From the NCBI GenBank assembly GCA_030873995.1, contig GCA_030873995.1_4701.1: DNA of 45,609 nt. One strand, 5' to 3'. A program made the translations under genes and the position numbers. How positions within the stretch are numbered: the first letter of the stretch is position 1; every line of letters starts with the position of its first letter. Under the pieces are notes generated by a model, which saw only the letters and a program-made list of their open reading frames with translations, searched no databases and was not told where the DNA came from. Of this stretch, positions 45,376-45,609 are shown one piece after another. This DNA comes from a phage.

Positions 45376-45609
45376 ATGTCACACTATGAATGTAAGAAGT
45401 GTCATAAGCGTTATGATTACTGTACTTGTGGTCAAGAGAAAACATCTTTTAAAGTTGGAGACAAGGTATTTCGTAATGAAAAAGATTCGATTCCTTGGAA
45501 TCAATACTGCAAAGAAGCTGGTATTGACCCTGATAGCCCTGTAACCATAGATGATATTGATGGCATTAACTTGTGCTTTCGTGAGGTGAGGGGTACAGGT
45601 TGGGATTCC
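45376..45609 (+). CDS. nucleotide kinase gp1.7-like, N-terminal Cys-rich part; runs off the window end in frame with 1..270
   Basis: GGAGG RBS; Cys-rich N-terminus (CKKCH...CTCG); no stop before the window end; promoter 45270 upstream. Confidence 0.5.
   Translation, partial: MSHYECKKCHKRYDYCTCGQEKTSFKVGDKVFRNEKDSIPWNQYCKEAGIDPDSPVTIDDIDGINLCFREVRGTGWDS

Noticed and set aside
1-45609. All minus-strand ORFs in the track (for example 5330..6052, 19733..20230, 29687..30259, 40993..41598)
   Set aside because: Each lies wholly inside a well-supported + strand gene, lacks an RBS, and has low-complexity composition typical of antisense shadow frames; T7-group genomes are transcribed from one strand.
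1-45609. Prophage or integrative-element features (integrase, att repeats, transposase) and CRISPR arrays
   Set aside because: None found; gene content is that of a strictly lytic T7-supergroup phage, and the only repeats are the short CTTAGT and palindrome families.

Overview
The window reads as an essentially complete, circularly permuted genome (about 45.6 kb) of a T7-supergroup (Autographiviridae-like) lytic podophage. Every convincing gene is on the + strand. A single-subunit RNA polymerase (30483-33110) is accompanied by at least ten copies of a 23-bp cognate promoter (consensus ATTTACTGGACACTATAGAAG; SP6-like but different at -12 to -10). Replication genes (primase-helicase, DNA polymerase, 5'-3' exonuclease, endonuclease VII, ligase, dNMP kinase), morphogenesis genes (portal, scaffold, capsid, tail tube A/B, internal virion proteins, adaptor, terminase) and a lysis cassette are all present. 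Gene order is SP6/K1-5-like (tailspikes after terminase), yet the early region carries T7-type genes (Ocr, gp1.1, gp1.7, gp17.5-like holin). The last ORF of the window continues in frame into the first, so the window ends appear contiguous. The physical genome end probably lies near 27.05 kb, in a non-coding region with about 19 CTTAGT repeats, host-type promoters and three rrn-type boxA elements. The most interesting candidates are: the boxA modules in the early leader; a very acidic early protein upstream of Ocr; a family of 16-bp palindromes beside promoters and RNase III-like sites; a GNAT acetyltransferase with an ATGA-overlapping upstream ORF; a metallophosphoesterase beside the kinase and ligase; two tandem pairs of paralogous small proteins; and two different tailspikes with C-terminal autochaperone domains. 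No rRNA, tRNA, CRISPR array, integrase or transposase was recognised. All protein assignments rest on motif reading and recalled homolog sequences, not on database searches.
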